Part shown: positions 1-7,568 of the stretch, one piece after another | How positions within the stretch are numbered: position 1 is the first letter of the stretch | How the letters are laid out: each line of letters starts with the position of its first letter | Virus record (IMG/VR): IMGVR_UViG_3300042904_000032 | Location: 1 to 50,947 of that record | Reading direction: 5' to 3' (one strand) | DNA: 50,947 nucleotides | Origin: a virus | Lineage: Duplodnaviria > Caudoviricetes | Program-made: the position numbers and the translations under genes | Notes under the pieces: generated by a model | The model's database searches: none | What the model was told of the DNA's origin: nothing | What the model saw: the letters and a program-made list of their open reading frames with translations, nothing else

Positions 1-127
1 TTTCCCTAACTTTATAGACCTTTTCGTATGGTAAATCAGCTCGAAGGGTGCCGCAAACAAGGAACTTCGACGCCAAGGAGACAACGGATTGGAACTCTTC
101 CAAAGTTTCAATATTGCCCATGTTGAT
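1..127. repeat. Terminal direct repeat, identical to 50821-50947 (assembly circularisation overlap)
   Basis: Exact 127-nt identity; falls inside the RNR ORF; 127 is a common assembler k-mer length. Confidence 0.95.
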
Positions 128-991
128 AGAGCCAAGATTACAAACGTCAGAGTCATCTTCAGACGTAACTTCTGTACAAGCATTGCGAAGCGTTTCATTT
201 TGTTTATCCCCAAAGTTAAAAGAGAATCCTGGTTCGCCGGTGCTCATTGCTTGGAAACAATTCGCGAGGAAGACATCGTTATATTTTAGACTATATTCCG
301 TAGAGATATCACCAAAAGCACCCACAGTTGTTTTATGGCCTGCGTCTAAAGCAGCATCATCATAATTAACACTGATGTTGGTCATATCAAGGTTAGCTGG
401 GTGATTAAAGTCCTGTTCCTTTAGCCGCCTAACCTCTGGGCTCCAGTTCTTTGCAACTAGGAAATCTTTAATATCCGGATGAGCCCAGTTCAATGAGGCA
501 TAAATGGCGCTTCGCCGGCTGCCTCCCTGCATTACCCCGCGTCCCGCCTCATTAATCATTTGCATTAACGGGAGCGGCCCAGAAGCAGTGCCCCCTGTTT
601 TAGATAGGGGAGCACCTTTGCCACGTAGGACAGAATAATCAATACCAATGCCACCTCCGGTCATGAGACAAGACACAGCGCGTTGCATAACAGCCGCCCA
701 TTCCTCCCGAGTGTCTTCTTCAGCACGAAGTAAGAAGCAGTTATTGAAGTAGCTATGACCTCTACCACTGTACCAGATATACCGGCCCCCAGGCAAAAAT
801 CGGAAAGTTCGGATATACTCTTCTAATTGGGCCAATTCATCTTTAGCCATAAGCGGACGTTCCTTACCCCACCGTGATCCACACACATCCTCAACAATCT
901 CTTTAGCACGGTTTGCCCAAGTTTCACCGGGATACCTCGCATATTTATTATTGAAAATGTTTTGAGCAAATGTGCTTTTAAATTCTGTCAG
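1..991 (-). CDS. nrdJ: Class II (B12-dependent) ribonucleotide reductase, N-terminal part; continues across the join to 50126
   Basis: Own translation: FLPGGRY, FNNCFLL, GGGIG, QGGSRRSA, RNACTE. Joined length 991+695=1686 nt (562 codons). Start is CTG at 991 (GGAGG RBS) or TTG at 1003. No NrdB small subunit seen. Confidence 0.9.
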   Translation of the reverse strand, partial: MTEFKSTFAQNIFNNKYARYPGETWANRAKEIVEDVCGSRWGKERPLMAKDELAQLEEYIRTFRFLPGGRYIWYSGRGHSYFNNCFLLRAEEDTREEWAAVMQRAVSCLMTGGGIGIDYSVLRGKGAPLSKTGGTASGPLPLMQMINEAGRGVMQGGSRRSAIYASLNWAHPDIKDFLVAKNWSPEVRRLKEQDFNHPANLDMTNISVNYDDAALDAGHKTTVGAFGDISTEYSLKYNDVFLANCFQAMSTGEPGFSFNFGDKQNETLRNACTEVTSEDDSDVCNLGSINMGNIETLEEFQSVVSLASKFLVCGTLRADLPYEKVYKVRE

Positions 992-1374
992 ATATGCCTC
1001 CAAATTTTACGTTTCCAGATATCCAATACATTAGTTTTCGAAATATTAAACATAGCAGCTACAGCACGACTAGAGAATCCCCCCTCTAAATGCCTAATAC
1101 GCAATACCATATCTTCTGTTAATTTACTATTACCGGCTTTTTCACCTTTTGCTTGGCGATTCTTATGTACCATATCGGCCGAGTTTTCTTTATGGGTACC
1201 AATTTTGAGATGATCTGGATTAACACATCTCGGATTATCACAAGTGTGCATAACTACATCACCCGGTTTTGCACCCATCAATACGCGATGGACATAAGCA
1301 ATTTTATTGTCTGCCCAAGTTACAGGATAACCTAAAGAATTGACGGCTTTATTCCAGATAATACAATCAGCCAC
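988..1374 (-). CDS. HNH homing endonuclease with C-terminal HTH
   Basis: HR..., VMHTCDNPRCVNPDHL motif; KLTEDMV... HTH-like tail. Confidence 0.9.
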   Translation of the reverse strand: MADCIIWNKAVNSLGYPVTWADNKIAYVHRVLMGAKPGDVVMHTCDNPRCVNPDHLKIGTHKENSADMVHKNRQAKGEKAGNSKLTEDMVLRIRHLEGGFSSRAVAAMFNISKTNVLDIWKRKIWRHI

Positions 1375-1609
1375 TCTTCCCTTTCTTATTAAATTCTTCT
1401 AGCAACTTATCAATCTTCTCTAGTTTCCTAATAGACTCTTCTAACCCCTGCGACCATTCTGTAACTGTCCATTGCAATTCAATTGACTCTTTCTTAGACA
1501 TATCAGTGTAATAGGGAATAAGGCCTTGCAGCACAAATTCCTTATCTGTCTTTAAATCCCTAAGAAGATGCTCAATGTATTCTTGTAGATAAATTAGGTG
1601 AATGGACAT
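1367..1609 (-). CDS. Hypothetical protein
   Basis: Overlap-coupled ORF in the minus-strand operon. Confidence 0.65.
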   Translation of the reverse strand: MSIHLIYLQEYIEHLLRDLKTDKEFVLQGLIPYYTDMSKKESIELQWTVTEWSQGLEESIRKLEKIDKLLEEFNKKGKSG

Positions 1610-1792
1610 TTATTCATCCATAGGATCTGGAAGAGAATCTAGAGAATCTAATTCTTTCAAGCCGTCTTCGTACATCTCTTTGGCTTCTCGTTCATTCTGT
1701 AGCCGTTTCCTATAGCGGATGTTCTTACCATTGTTCTGGCTCCACCACAACTTATCGTCATGCGTGGTCTTCTTGTTCTCCGGCTTGGTCAT
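1610..1792 (-). CDS. Hypothetical protein
   Basis: 60-aa ORF abutting neighbours. Confidence 0.55.
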   Translation of the reverse strand: MTKPENKKTTHDDKLWWSQNNGKNIRYRKRLQNEREAKEMYEDGLKELDSLDSLPDPMDE

Positions 1793-1925
1793 ATAAAAAG
1801 TCTAGTCGTTCCTCAATTTTTTCTAAAAATGCGTCTACTAAATCGTCTGAAGTAATTTCTAAGAGTTCTAGAAGAGTCGTCTCGTCTAGTTTCCTTAAGT
1901 TATGTAGGAGATTGGGTAAGCTCAT
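1758..1925 (-). CDS. Small acidic helical phage protein (55 aa, not in ORF track)
   Basis: Own translation MSLPNLLHNLRKLDETTLLELLEITSDDLVDAFLEKIEERLDFL...; fills an operon gap. Confidence 0.7.
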   Translation of the reverse strand: MSLPNLLHNLRKLDETTLLELLEITSDDLVDAFLEKIEERLDFLYDQAGEQEDHA

Positions 1926-2436
1926 GAAACCGATCTAAAAACATTTTCTTTGCGATTTCTGGAGGATAGCCAATAACACTAATCTGATCTTTTGGCCTCT
2001 CCATATAATTCCACATAGTCCAATTATCACCCTTACCAGGCATTAAAGACTTAGCCTCTGTAGATAGCATACACACATCAGCATCTTTAATTGTCTTTGC
2101 TAAAGGATATTCAAAACCAAACTTATTAGCAATGATTTGCATGAGATTATCTTCAATCTTTCCATAGTTTTCTAAATACGGTTTAACTGGACGTGCAATA
2201 TCGGCTAAATAGGCCTCCGATGCATCGTGTAATAGCGCTGCTAATGCATCTTTACGGTCGACGAGCAAGCTACAATAAACACTATGCTCAGCCACTGAAT
2301 AGAATCGTGAGCATTGACCCGTGAATCGACAATTCATACTGAGAGCATGGGCAATATCTTCAATATTAATCATGTCGACAGTGGGATTCATAAATTCAAA
2401 CAATACACCTGTTTTGGTTTCAATCCAATCACTCAT
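1900..2436 (-). CDS. HD-domain 5'-deoxynucleotidase-like (YfdR/YfbR-like) hydrolase
   Basis: IEDIAHALS..CRF.G, YSVAEHS, LLHDASEAY.D motifs. Confidence 0.9.
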   Translation of the reverse strand: MSDWIETKTGVLFEFMNPTVDMINIEDIAHALSMNCRFTGQCSRFYSVAEHSVYCSLLVDRKDALAALLHDASEAYLADIARPVKPYLENYGKIEDNLMQIIANKFGFEYPLAKTIKDADVCMLSTEAKSLMPGKGDNWTMWNYMERPKDQISVIGYPPEIAKKMFLDRFHELTQSPT

Positions 2437-2662
2437 ATGTCTCTTTTAGCACTTCAATTAATTTCTCTAAATAATGAATGGCCTTACCAATCTCTTGTTG
2501 ATTCTCGTCTTTAGTGCCCATTCGCATAATATACTTAAGGGCTCCATGACGATAAACACCAATACGTTGTTCAGGAGTCCAAGTATCCACTACATCCCAT
2601 GGTTCAATACCCATGTCTTTATAATAGGTGCCACCTACCTGCTTAAGATTCGCTTCACTCAT
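2429..2662 (-). CDS. DUF3310/SaV-like protein (T7 gp1.7-like nucleotide kinase family)
   Basis: QVGG.YYK..IEPWD, ALKY..R...K, KA.HYLEKL pattern. Confidence 0.75.
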   Translation of the reverse strand: MSEANLKQVGGTYYKDMGIEPWDVVDTWTPEQRIGVYRHGALKYIMRMGTKDENQQEIGKAIHYLEKLIEVLKETYE

Positions 2663-2819
2663 CTTCTAAATCTTCAATAGCCTCATGATAAACTACCATC
2701 GCTGCATCATACCATTCCCAGTTATCAACGCCGCCGTCTTCTAAGGCGGCTAATTTTTCTAGTCGGCGTTGCATATCCCGATAAGCTGAGAGCTTAATAG
2801 TAACTAATTCTTCTGTCAT
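2655..2819 (-). CDS. Small phage protein with GVDNW motif (54 aa, not in ORF track)
   Basis: Own translation MTEELVTIKLSAYRDMQRRLEKLAALEDGGVDNWEWYDAAM...; overlaps both neighbours. Confidence 0.75.
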   Translation of the reverse strand: MTEELVTIKLSAYRDMQRRLEKLAALEDGGVDNWEWYDAAMVVYHEAIEDLEDE

Positions 2820-3580
2820 AAATATTTCTTCTTTAGAAAGTCTAAGCTAATAAACATAGGATCAAACTCACCATCATTAACTTCATGAAGCATGAGAATT
2901 CCTCGCCAATGTTTATTACCTTGAGGCCCCAAATAATCTTCGTCATGCTCGTAACATGAGCCAGCAATGATCGATGTGAGTCGTTTTCCATCTGCACGAT
3001 GGCCGGTGGCTATTTGAAGGCCTTGTTGATGCCCTGCCACACAAGACATGTGCTTCTTTTGAAGCTGTGCTTGAGCCGTTGTACAAGGGCGTCCCAAAAG
3101 ACCGGTAACAAAATAATGGGCGTAGCAAATCCCATCAATAACAACAGGCCGGAGAAAAGGATATACCTCCCAACCGAAAGACTCATATCCAAGATCTGCC
3201 ACACTAATCGTACCATCTAGTTTTGGGTCTCCTTCGATGACCTTGTTGATTCTGTTTTCGTGGTTACCGAGCGTAAGGATCTTACGTGGATTGTATCTTT
3301 CACGATGTCCAATACGTGCTCTACGGTTGTATGCTTCGAGAGGGCCCAACAGCGTGGCCATAGCCTCATGTGTTGCTTCAATGTCAGCTTTGTACCTTCG
3401 ACCTTCAAAACTCTTTTTACCCACATCATAACTTGATAACGATGGGAGATCGGCAAAGTCACCGATGTTGATGAGTGTGTCAGGTTTCTTAGCAACAATA
3501 TAATTACCTATGGCTTCTAGAAATTTAAAATCATCACCGGGTCTGATCTGACAGTCTGGTAGAATTAAATGAGTAGATAT
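2816..3580 (-). CDS. Calcineurin-like metallophosphoesterase; probable ATA start at 3580
   Basis: Frame is open upstream of the listed 3424 start and contains LILPDCQ and NIGDFAD; GNHE and GH motifs downstream; GAGAGG RBS 9 nt before ATA. Confidence 0.85.
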   Translation of the reverse strand: MSTHLILPDCQIRPGDDFKFLEAIGNYIVAKKPDTLINIGDFADLPSLSSYDVGKKSFEGRRYKADIEATHEAMATLLGPLEAYNRRARIGHRERYNPRKILTLGNHENRINKVIEGDPKLDGTISVADLGYESFGWEVYPFLRPVVIDGICYAHYFVTGLLGRPCTTAQAQLQKKHMSCVAGHQQGLQIATGHRADGKRLTSIIAGSCYEHDEDYLGPQGNKHWRGILMLHEVNDGEFDPMFISLDFLKKKYL

Positions 3581-3618
3581 TTTATGTTTCCTCTCAATTT
3601 CTGGACGTAAGGAAGAAA

Positions 3619-3804
3619 TTAGTCATCGAATTCTTCATCTTCATCATCACCAAAAGCAGCTACACCAAAATCAGAAGCAATTCCCATAGCCACGGCCATA
3701 TTCAATCCAAACTGCATTAAGGCTTTTAGCTCCGCTTCACCCAACACAACCACAGCATTTACTTGACCCTCTTCATCATATAGATTTAATTCATTAATTT
3801 TTAT
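3619..3804 (-). CDS. Small protein with acidic tail (61 aa); probable ATA start
   Basis: Own translation (I)KINELNLYDEEGQVNAVVVLGEAELKALMQFGLN...DDEDEEFDD; AGAGG RBS; ATAA overlap with upstream stop. Confidence 0.6.
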   Translation of the reverse strand: MKINELNLYDEEGQVNAVVVLGEAELKALMQFGLNMAVAMGIASDFGVAAFGDDEDEEFDD

Positions 3805-4163
3805 TTGGTGTTCCTCTTTCTTTTACTTTGTTCTTTACTAGATTTCTCATCATGACATGTGTTGCAAAGGACTTGTAGTCCCTGTTCATCACAAAATAGC
3901 CGACTAATATAATCGTCCCAGGTTGTGAAGCCTTTGTCTGGGTCCACAACAGGTTGAATATGATCGACCTCAATGTTTGTAGAAGTGTATTCCTTCTTAC
4001 AATTTACACATTGATAGTGCTGTGCTAGACGTCCAGATGCTTCGTTGATTTTCTTTTCTGTCTTAGCGGCGTTCTTTACATTGTGTTTAGGAGGCCACCT
4101 GCGAGTGCCTGCCCGTAATACACTAATGATGAAGCCTTTAATTCGAGCCTCAGTCCACTGCAA
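3801..4163 (-). CDS. HNH endonuclease (replication-module type); TTG start
   Basis: CxxC, EVDHI.PV, LQVLC..CH..K motifs; GGAGA RBS before TTG at 4163. Confidence 0.85.
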   Translation of the reverse strand: MQWTEARIKGFIISVLRAGTRRWPPKHNVKNAAKTEKKINEASGRLAQHYQCVNCKKEYTSTNIEVDHIQPVVDPDKGFTTWDDYISRLFCDEQGLQVLCNTCHDEKSSKEQSKRKRNTK

Positions 4164-4852
4164 ATGGCATCTCCCAAATCTTTCCCGGTTCCCGCTGTAG
4201 CCATAAGACCTGAGCATTCATTAACATTTCTTCGTCATTCCTATAGAGACTTCGCACATAATCAAACATGTCTTTCTCTTCAGTCATGTCTTGTAATGGT
4301 AGGGCGGCTTTCTTTCCACAGCCCACAACCCCTTTAATTCCGTCTCCATGGTCACCAACAATAAGCTGATGATAGAAATAACGCATAGCTTCTTCAGGAG
4401 TAACAAAGAATTTCTTAGCCTCAGCAACCACCACCCCCAATCTAGTTTGTTCCCATTGATAATGCCATCCGGGAACTTGTTTCATGTCTTTATCTATCGA
4501 GATAATAATAGTGCTTTCGGGAGGAGCTTGGCTCTGGCCTATTGCCAATCCATCATCTGCTTCAGCACCGTCCATAACTACTGTATTAAATTCATGTTGT
4601 AGTCTATGGCGACAGCTTGCAAGCCATTTAGGAATTGGTTTGCTTTTACGATTAAGCTTATATTCAGGAAAAATACCATATCGGAAATTATCTTTTCCAG
4701 ATAAATACCCCTGAACATCAGTTACTTCTGCCTCATCTACTAATCGGTCTACAAATGTGAGACAACGATTTTGAGCAATGTCTTCTAGTTCGTGCTCGGC
4801 AGATGCAGCACATCGATAGGCAACTAAATCAAAAGTCGACGAGTCCAATCAT
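4150..4852 (-). CDS. 5'-3' exonuclease (T7 gp6/RNase H-like), with an apparent +1 frameshift near the start
   Basis: NFRY...EYK.NR, EADD, SIDKD, GD..DGI.G..G.G motifs; ATG at 4852 gives MIGLVDF* and the frame continues as DLVAYRCAAS. Confidence 0.85.
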
Positions 4853-4929
4853 CGTCATACCTCTCTTTCATCCAAATCAACATTTTGGTTATGTTTTATT
4901 AAATTATCTGTCAAAGTCAATTAAACCAA

Positions 4930-5286
4930 TCAAAGAATTAGTTCCTTTGTATCCCCATCATCATCAGAATAGAACGCCCGAACCACACCAACAGATCGTA
5001 GAAGGCTTCGGCAACGAACACAAGGCATAGCACAGCCGATATTCCCACCTTTAGTAAAACGGGTGACGTAGATGGAACTCCCGACCAAATCGGTTTGATG
5101 CCCTCGTTTAAGAAGCTTGAGAACTGCTGCTTCTTCAGCGTGCACAGTAGGTTTTCCCAGCACTTTAGAATAACGAATTTCATTATAACCTGTGGACAAT
5201 ACTCGGTTACCTTTAGTAATTACAGCACCCAGCCTATGTCGCATAAAGGTGCTTTTCTTTGCCTGCTTTTCAGCTAGACGAATCAT
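4930..5286 (-). CDS. Cytidine/dCMP deaminase-fold zinc enzyme
   Basis: LGAVI..GYN, HAE, PCxxC motifs. Confidence 0.85.
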   Translation of the reverse strand: MIRLAEKQAKKSTFMRHRLGAVITKGNRVLSTGYNEIRYSKVLGKPTVHAEEAAVLKLLKRGHQTDLVGSSIYVTRFTKGGNIGCAMPCVRCRSLLRSVGVVRAFYSDDDGDTKELIL

Positions 5287-5316
5287 AATCCCCGTGAACA
5301 GCAGCGTTAGCGATGT

Positions 5317-5586
5317 TCATAGCCAATCTTCACGATATTTCTGTTTCAAAGTGATCTTCACACTCCGACCTTCACTACCCCAGCGCTTACGCTGAAAACT
5401 CACAATGTAGCCATAATGCCTTGCCCATGCTACAGCGGCGTCTTCAACTCTCTTTAAAGCCTTGGCATCTAGGGGATGGGTTTCCACCCAGTCCCCTTCA
5501 TTTACCAAATGCTCAGAGAACTTGTAAATGCTGGTGTAATAGCCCTTATTCGCTGGGTCCGGCTTGTTCGGTTTTCTGTGTTCCAA
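5317..5586 (-). CDS. Hypothetical protein
   Basis: ORF in operon; start uncertain. Confidence 0.55.
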   Translation of the reverse strand: MEHRKPNKPDPANKGYYTSIYKFSEHLVNEGDWVETHPLDAKALKRVEDAAVAWARHYGYIVSFQRKRWGSEGRSVKITLKQKYREDWL

Positions 5587-6040
5587 GAACCCAATCCGTA
5601 TATTTAGATGCTAGAGCAATTGCTTCATCAGGGTTAGGGGGAGTCTTAGCACCCACTGAAAGCGTCTGTAGAGCCCGTTCTAGGCTGCTCTGACGGATGA
5701 TATATACCTGTCGTGCTGCACGTTCTTCTGGAGTCTCATAACTACTACGGGCAGGGGCCGCAGAAGAGGCGCCGTTAGATCGTGATGCTTGTTGTGGGGG
5801 GCTGGCAGTGTCACCTGTGCTAATGGCGGTCCAATTCTTAAACTTGTCGTTGGATTCCACCACACTAAAGCTACTACCCTTAGCCATATTCTTGATGGCT
5901 GCAAATGCCTGTGGATTTGAGAAGCTTACCAGCTTCTTTTCTCGGTTATACCCATTAGCGGTGTAGACCACATGGGCAATCTCATAATTACTGTTGCCCT
6001 TTTGTACGGGCTCAATACGAACTTCTTGTAGAATGTACAT
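5546..6040 (-). CDS. Putative single-stranded DNA-binding protein
   Basis: Beta-rich N-terminus, low-complexity linker, I.RQSS motif; lies between polymerase and exonuclease; TAATG-coupled start at 6040. Confidence 0.55.
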   Translation of the reverse strand: MYILQEVRIEPVQKGNSNYEIAHVVYTANGYNREKKLVSFSNPQAFAAIKNMAKGSSFSVVESNDKFKNWTAISTGDTASPPQQASRSNGASSAAPARSSYETPEERAARQVYIIRQSSLERALQTLSVGAKTPPNPDEAIALASKYTDWVLGTQKTEQAGPSE

Positions 6041-6219
6041 TATTCGGAAATCTCCTCGATCCACTTTAGATTTGCTGGGTTAATAAAAGCCTTATTACCG
6101 TTCTCTTTAACCGCAATAATCCATTCTTTGTGATCATATTCAACAACGATCATCTTCTTGTATGACCCATTCATAAATGCAAATAGAAGCGTGCGCTTCT
6201 GATTAAAACTTTGTGCCAT
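6040..6219 (-). CDS. Small beta-rich protein (59 aa, not in ORF track), possibly Sm/Hfq-like
   Basis: AAGGA RBS; MAQSFNQKRTLLFAFMNGSYKKMIVVEYDHKEWIIAVKENGNKAFINPANLKWIEEISE. Confidence 0.7.
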   Translation of the reverse strand: MAQSFNQKRTLLFAFMNGSYKKMIVVEYDHKEWIIAVKENGNKAFINPANLKWIEEISE

Positions 6220-6227
6220 TATTTCCT

Positions 6228-6380
6228 TTAATCAATTAATTGAAATTCCCAGCCCTTTTGCTGGCAATATTTATAAATCTTTTCTAAGTCCCAATCTTTC
6301 ATATATTTAATAATTGGGGCTATGTTTCCCGTCTCTAGATCAAACGCTGCTACAAAGTGTGGAGCTGTGATGATCACCAT
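6228..6380 (-). CDS. Small phage protein (APHF..APII.YM..W pattern)
   Basis: ATG at 6380, 50 aa, fills an operon gap. Confidence 0.65.
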   Translation of the reverse strand: MVIITAPHFVAAFDLETGNIAPIIKYMKDWDLEKIYKYCQQKGWEFQLID

Positions 6381-6390
6381 ACCTATTATT

Positions 6391-7104
6391 TTACACGAAA
6401 ATCTCTTCCATGTCAAGCTTGTTAGGGCCTATTTTTAATTCACACGTCATTGGAAGAGAGAAATCATACCCATAATGTTGCTTACACAAAGCGGGCACCT
6501 TCTCAACCGATGTCTTCATCATCTTAGCCACATCAAGCACATATTCCTCTGGAGAATCAGCCACAAGGCTGTCATGGATGGTCCCTACGAACAGCGCGGG
6601 AATACCAGACATCTTAAGAGATTGATAAAACTCTATACGGGCAAGCTTCACTAGATCTGCTCCGAAGCCCTGTACGGGATAGTTCTTGATGATGGTGAGG
6701 GGCCATCGATAGCCATTCTTTTCAAACGGAAAATATCGTCCTGAAGGAATGACAATTTGCCCTGTACGCATCACTGTCAACAATAAATCATCGTGCCATT
6801 TCTTTAGTCCTTTATATTTCTCATAATATTGATCAATGACTCCTTGCCAGAATTTCTCTGAAGTACTTACCCCCATGAAGTCAGGATCATGTGCAAAGCT
6901 ATAAGCAGATCCTCCATAAATAATTCTGAAGGTAAGCACCTTTGCAACAAGTCTACCGGCCTTCCCTTCACCAAGTTTAAAAGTGTCTCTGTTTACTTCA
7001 TGAAGATCAATCTTTTCTCGAATCTCTTTAGCAAATGTCTGATCCCCTGATAACTCAGCTGCCGTGACGATTTCCAGGGATTTGACGTCAACATTAATCA
7101 GCAT
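6391..7104 (-). CDS. polA: Family A DNA polymerase, C-terminal catalytic part
   Basis: Motif A DVKSLE, motif B RLVAKVLTFRIIYGG, NYPVQG, motif C IHDS. Confidence 0.93.
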   Translation of the reverse strand: MLINVDVKSLEIVTAAELSGDQTFAKEIREKIDLHEVNRDTFKLGEGKAGRLVAKVLTFRIIYGGSAYSFAHDPDFMGVSTSEKFWQGVIDQYYEKYKGLKKWHDDLLLTVMRTGQIVIPSGRYFPFEKNGYRWPLTIIKNYPVQGFGADLVKLARIEFYQSLKMSGIPALFVGTIHDSLVADSPEEYVLDVAKMMKTSVEKVPALCKQHYGYDFSLPMTCELKIGPNKLDMEEIFV

Positions 7105-7568
7105 TCTATTTGAGCTAAAACACCTTTGGCAAAGGAAATTAGTTGTTCTGGAGTGGCGTTCCGTTTCATAAAATTCGCTAACGCAGAAATTACTTGAATA
7201 TTTCCCTTAATATATCCCTTGGAATTATCTATACGATCTAGAGATGCATTAGTTGGTTGAAATCCTTGGCCCTGTGTAGTAGTTAGGTCTACGTTTAAAT
7301 ATACACATTTATCTGGAATAGTAATATCAGATAATTCTAGATTAAATTCTAAATTTTTATATTTAGCATTTTTTCTAGCTTGAGCAAACAACTTTCTTTC
7401 AAAGTTATTTTCAATCCAATTACAATTACTTTTAAACCGTTTATCTTTGCATTTTTTAGCAGACTTGCGACTTATTTCATTCTTACGTTCTCGATTGGAT
7501 TCGGCCCAAAATTTCCATTTTTCTTTGTTTTCTTGATAATACTTTTGTCTATATTCTTTACTATTCAT
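7098..7568 (-). CDS. His-Me finger (HNH-like) endonuclease inserted between the polymerase halves
   Basis: SLDRIDNSKGYIKGNIQVIS..AN..K motif; basic N-terminus; AT-rich. Confidence 0.85.
   Translation of the reverse strand: MNSKEYRQKYYQENKEKWKFWAESNRERKNEISRKSAKKCKDKRFKSNCNWIENNFERKLFAQARKNAKYKNLEFNLELSDITIPDKCVYLNVDLTTTQGQGFQPTNASLDRIDNSKGYIKGNIQVISALANFMKRNATPEQLISFAKGVLAQIEC

Noticed and set aside
1-127. 127-bp end repeat as a biological terminal repeat
   Set aside because: It cuts through nrdJ and matches a typical assembler k-mer overlap; real ends more likely lie in the divergent region near 24 kb
4886-4914. TTGACA upstream of the exonuclease gene
   Set aside because: The hexamer at 17-bp spacing is TAACCA, too weak to call a promoter
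7098-7568. Group I intron or intein in the polymerase
   Set aside because: No non-coding flanks or recognisable core, three separate frames with their own starts and stops, no intein terminal residues; not fully excluded without RT-PCR
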